Part shown: one piece after another, positions 59,676-64,000 of the stretch
How positions within the stretch are numbered: the first letter of the stretch is position 1
How the letters are laid out: every line of letters begins with the position of its first letter
Assembly (NCBI RefSeq): GCF_018350175.1
Contig: NC_058383.1
Coordinates: 7,874,001-7,938,000, forward strand
Length of the DNA: 64,000 nucleotides
Direction: 5' to 3'
From: Felis catus
Lineage: Eukaryota
The notes under the pieces: model-generated
The model's input: only the letters and a program-made list of their open reading frames with translations
The model's database searches: none
What the model was told of the DNA's origin: nothing
Made by a program: the position numbers and the translations under genes

Positions 59676-62600
59676 ACAGATTTAGGCCTCACAGAAGGAT
59701 CTACTCTGCACACAGGTACCCCTGATTTGTCCAAGAGTGCAGTTATCTCAGACAGAACCGTTACTAAAGAGGATGGACTTTCTGCTTCCACATCAAGGAC
59801 CACTGAATCCTTTACTACAAAGGATGCTCATGTACAAACAACCACGTCCTTTGCGGGGGGGTCCACTTCCTACACCTCCCCATCAGAGCTATCCACGTCA
59901 ACATTTTTCACTAACACCTCCTACAGCACAGATAATGCAAGTCCTGCCTCTGAATCCCGCATCAGTGAGCTCTCTACCCTCACTGTGGGCACTGAACGAA
60001 CAGACCCAACTCTCACAGGTGACACAACCATCCACACCTCTGTGTCAGATTCGTCTGAGACCACAGTATCACCTGAGGTTTCTCATGCCACAGGCGCTGC
60101 GAGTTCTGTAACTCCATGGAGTCCTGGAGAGGCATCCATCAGCCCAGCTGTCTCAGGACCAACCGCCACTGGCGTCACCCAGATATCCACAGACCACAGC
60201 ACCATCTCTGATTCCTCTAAACCCACGGACTCATCTGTAACCACCTTTACCAGAGAATATGGAAGTCCTGAGCCCACCTCAAGTCCCAGTGATGCCTTTT
60301 CTACTTCCAGTAGTTTTGGCCAAACCACCATGTTCTTTCCAGTGGCTTCCACAGTCTCCTCGACCCTCTCTGATTCATCAAATCCTACATTTTCACCAGA
60401 CACCCCCCATACCACTGACAAGGAAAGTCCTTCATCCTCTCTAGGTCCAGGTCCATCACCCACCAGCACTCAGGTCTCTGGACAAACAGCCACGCCTTTC
60501 ACTAAAGAGACAACTGCCTACACACACATTTCAGATTTATCAACAACACCGACTTCTGGTGAAACGTCCTACACCCAGGATGATGAAGGGACCACGTCCC
60601 CTTCGAGTCCTGGCCTGCTGTCTTCCAACCCTGGGATTTCAGGACAGACAAACACAGGCCTGACCGAGGGGCCTTCTGTCTATACAGACACACCTAATGG
60701 GTCCAAACCTACCAGTACCTCGGACAGCACAGTTACCAAGGAGGATGGAAGTTCTGCTTCCACATCTGGGCCTGCTGAATCATTTACCACTTCTGGTGTT
60801 GATCCACACACAGGCACAACTTTACCTCCAAGATCCCCTCCTTACACCACCACCTCAGAGGTGTCTGCACCCACAGTTTCGACTCACTCTTCCTACAGCA
60901 CGGATGAGGCAAGTGCTACTTCTCAGTCAAGCTCTAGTGATTTATTTACCACCAGTGTGCTCTCTGAACAATCAGCCAGGACTCTCACAGAGAAGCCAAC
61001 TGTCCACACCATTTCTGATTCATCTGAATCAACAGCTTCTTCCTACAGCCTCAGAACCCCAGGCCTTGGCAGTTCTGCAGCACCCTCGAGTCCTGGAGAA
61101 TTCCCTTCCAGCCCAGTTGGCTCACGACTGACTGCATCTACAGTCACCCAGCCATCCACAGAGCACAGCACCGTGTCTGATTCTTCTCAACCTCCAGACT
61201 CATCGGCAACCACTTATACCAAGGATGATGAAAGTCGTGTGCCTACGTCAGGTCCCACTGAATCTTTAACCACCTCTCCTGGTTCTGGACCACCAGCCTC
61301 ACCCACAGCTATGGAGTCTACTTTCTCCACAAGCATCTCAGAGTCGTCAGAATACACAGTGTCTTCCTATAGTACAGATTCTTCAACTCCATCAGACCAT
61401 GAAGGATTTCCCACCGCTTCCCTGACCACTGGACACAGCGCTACAACTTTTACTGGATTGCCCTCTGTCTTTACAACTATGCCTGATTTGTCCAAAACAA
61501 CCATTTCTTCTGAAACCTTCTATACCAGGGATGATGGAAGTGCAATGTTCCCTTCCAGTACTGGTCAGATGTCTAGCACACTCTCTGCCTCAGTACAGAC
61601 AACCACAGGCCTCATGGACGGATCCAGTGTGGATACAGGTACCACCCACTCTTCAGAACCTATAGTTTTATCACACAGCACAATGAGCAAGGAAGATGGG
61701 CTTTCTGCTTCCACATCAAGAACGACTGAATCCTTTTCTACAAATGCTGATCACAGACAAACAACTACAATTTTTGCTGAGAGGTCTACTTTCTACACCT
61801 CCCCTTCAGAGTTGTCCACGTTAACAGTTTCCACTCACACCTCTTATAGCACACATAATTCAAGTCCTGCTTCCCTATCCAGCCCCATTGAGTTCTCTAC
61901 CCCCAGTGTAATCACTGAACCAACAGACCTAACTCTCACTGGTGAGACAGCTGTCCACACCACCGTGTTGGATTTATCTGAACCCACAGTATCAGCTAAG
62001 CTTTCACAAGCCACAAGTAGTTCTGTAGCTCCATGGAGTCCTGGAGAGGCATCCATCAGCCCAGCTGTCTCAGGACAAACCACCACTGGCGTCACCCAGA
62101 TATCCACAGACCACAGCACCATATCTAATTCCTCTAAACCCACAGACTCATCTGTAACCACCTTTACCAAAGACGATGGGAGTCCTGCATCGACCTCAAG
62201 TCATAGTTTTGGCCTAACCACCATGTCCTTTCCAGTGGCTTCCACAGCCTCCTTGACTGTCTCAGATTCACCAAATCCTTCATTTTCACCAGACACCTCC
62301 CATACCACTGACAAGGAAAGTCCTTCATCTCCTCTGGGTCCAGGTCCATCACCCACCAGCACTCAGATCTCTGGACAAACAGCGACGCCTTTCACTAAAG
62401 AGATAACTGTCTACACTCAAATTTCAGATTTATCAACACCATCGTCCTCTTCTGAAACATCCTACACCAGGAATGATGGAGGGACCATGTCTGCCTCATA
62501 TCCTGGCCAGCTGTATTCCACCTCTGGGATTTCAGGACAGACAAACACAGGCCTGACCGAGGGGCCTTCTGCCTATACAGACACACCTAATGGGTCCAAA

Positions 62601-64000
62601 CCTACCAGTACCTCGGACAGCACAGTTACCAAGGAGGATGGAAGTTCTGCTTCCACATCTGGGCCTGCTGAATCATTTACCACTTCTGGTGTTGATCCAC
62701 ACACAGGCACAACTTTACCTCCAAGATCCCCTCCTTACACCACCACCTCAGAGGTGTCTGCACCCACAGTTTCGACTCACTCTTCCTACAGCACGGATGA
62801 GGCAAGTGCTACTTCTCAGTCAAGCTCTAGTGATTTATTTACCACCAGTGTGCTCTCTGAACAATCAGCCAGGACTCTCACAGAGAAGCCAACTGTCCAC
62901 ACCATTTCTGATTCATCTGAATCAACAGCTTCTTCCTACAGCCTCAGAACCCCAGGCCTTGGCAGTTCTGCAGCACCCTCGAGTCCTGGAGAATTCCCTT
63001 CCAGCCCAGTTGGCTCACGACTGACTGCATCTACAGTCACCCAGCCACCCACAGAGCACAGCACCGTGTCTGATTCTTCTCAACTTCCGGACTCATCAGC
63101 AACCACTTATACCAAGGATGATGAAAGTCATGTGTCTACATCAGGTCCCACTGAATCTTTAACCACAGGGTCTTCCTATAGTACAGATTCTACAACTCCG
63201 TCAGACCATGAAGGATTTCCCACTGCTTCCCTGACCACTGGACACAGCGCTACAACTTTTACTGGATTGCCCTCTGTCTTTACAACTATGCCTGATTTGT
63301 CCAAAACAACCATTTCTTCTGAAACCTTCTATACCAGGGATGATGGAAGTGCAATGTCCCCTTCCAATTCTGGCCATCTGTCTAGCACCCTCTCTGCCTC
63401 AGCACACACAACCACAGGCCTCGTGAAAGGATCCAGCATGGTTAAAGGTACCACTCATTCATCAGAACCTACAGTTATCTCAGAAAGCACTGTTACCAAA
63501 GAGGATGGGCTTTCTGCTTCCACATCAAAAACCACTGAATCCTTTACTACAAAGGATGATCATGTACAAACAACCACATCCATTGCTCGGGGGTCCACTT
63601 TCTACCCCCCCTCAGAGCTGTCCACACCAACATTTTCAACAACTCACACCTCCTACAGCACAGATAATGCAAGTCCTGCCTCCGAATCCAGCATCAGTGA
63701 GCTCTCTACCCTCACTGTGGTCACTGAACGAACAGACCCAACTCTCACAGGTGACACAACCGTCCACACCTCTGTGTCAGATTCGTCTGAGACCACAGTA
63801 TCACCTGAGGTTTCTCATGCCACAGGTGCTGCGAGTTCTGTAGCTCCATGGAGTCCTGGAGAGGCATCCATCAGCCCAGCTGTCTCAGGACCAACCGCCA
63901 CTGGTGTCACCCAGATATCCACAGACCACAGCACCATCTCTGATTCCTCTAAACCCACGGACTCATCTGTAACCACCTTTACCAGAGAATATGGAAGTCC
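59676..64000 (+). CDS. MUC12: Mucin-12-like large PTS exon, open to the window edge (>1,440 codons)
   Basis: Translated by hand: no stop from 59676 to 64000 in the frame GLTEGSTLHTGTPDLSKSAV...; Ser/Thr/Pro-rich with ~28-aa periodicity. Absent from the ORF track, presumably because no stop is reached. Exact acceptor uncertain (59676/59680/59686). Confidence 0.88.
59685..64000 (+). repeat. Coding higher-order tandem repeat (units start 59685, 61608, 63417)
   Basis: GGCCTC..GGATC unit starts spaced 1923 and 1809 bp; 60680-61154 is identical to 62573-63047. Confidence 0.92.

Noticed and set aside
60697-63024. Two identical 144-aa ORFs and similar Q/L/P-rich ORFs
   Set aside because: Off-frame shadows of the duplicated MUC12 coding repeat.
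59685-64000. CRISPR-like or satellite reading of the terminal repeats
   Set aside because: Mammalian DNA; repeats keep one open Ser/Thr-rich frame and have no repeat-spacer layout.

Overview
Mammalian genomic DNA, almost certainly a felid: the SINEs are feliform CAN-SINEs and the AChE protein matches the cat sequence as I recall it. Gene order is TRIP6 (3' part, +), SRRT/ARS2 (complete, +), UFSP1 (intronless, -), ACHE (-), a field of decayed MUC3-like sequence (+), and the 5' part of an apparently intact MUC12-like mucin (+) whose PTS exon runs off the window. The MUC3-like field holds one full-length, multiply disabled MUC3A-type pseudogene (37191-47375) and two fragments of further copies (27163-27420 and 32570-34110), one split by an old MLT1-type LTR. 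Main points for follow-up: (1) MUC3A loss and fossil paralogs; (2) an ACHE read-through (R) tail with no stop at the exon-5 acceptor (131 aa vs 26 aa in human); (3) the N-AChE upstream exon is present but one base out of frame with the AChE ATG; (4) UFSP1 needs a CUG start and sits between the proximal ACHE poly(A) signal and a distal signal that overlaps the SRRT 3' end; (5) a triple AG/TG/AG in-frame acceptor in SRRT; (6) a >1,440-codon MUC12 frame missed by the ORF track, built as nested 84 bp / ~0.96 kb / ~1.9 kb repeats. Six N gaps hide a SRRT coding exon, the ACHE-T exon and probably the main ACHE exon 1. Comparisons to human proteins are from memory and need alignment to confirm. No tRNA, rRNA or CRISPR features were found.
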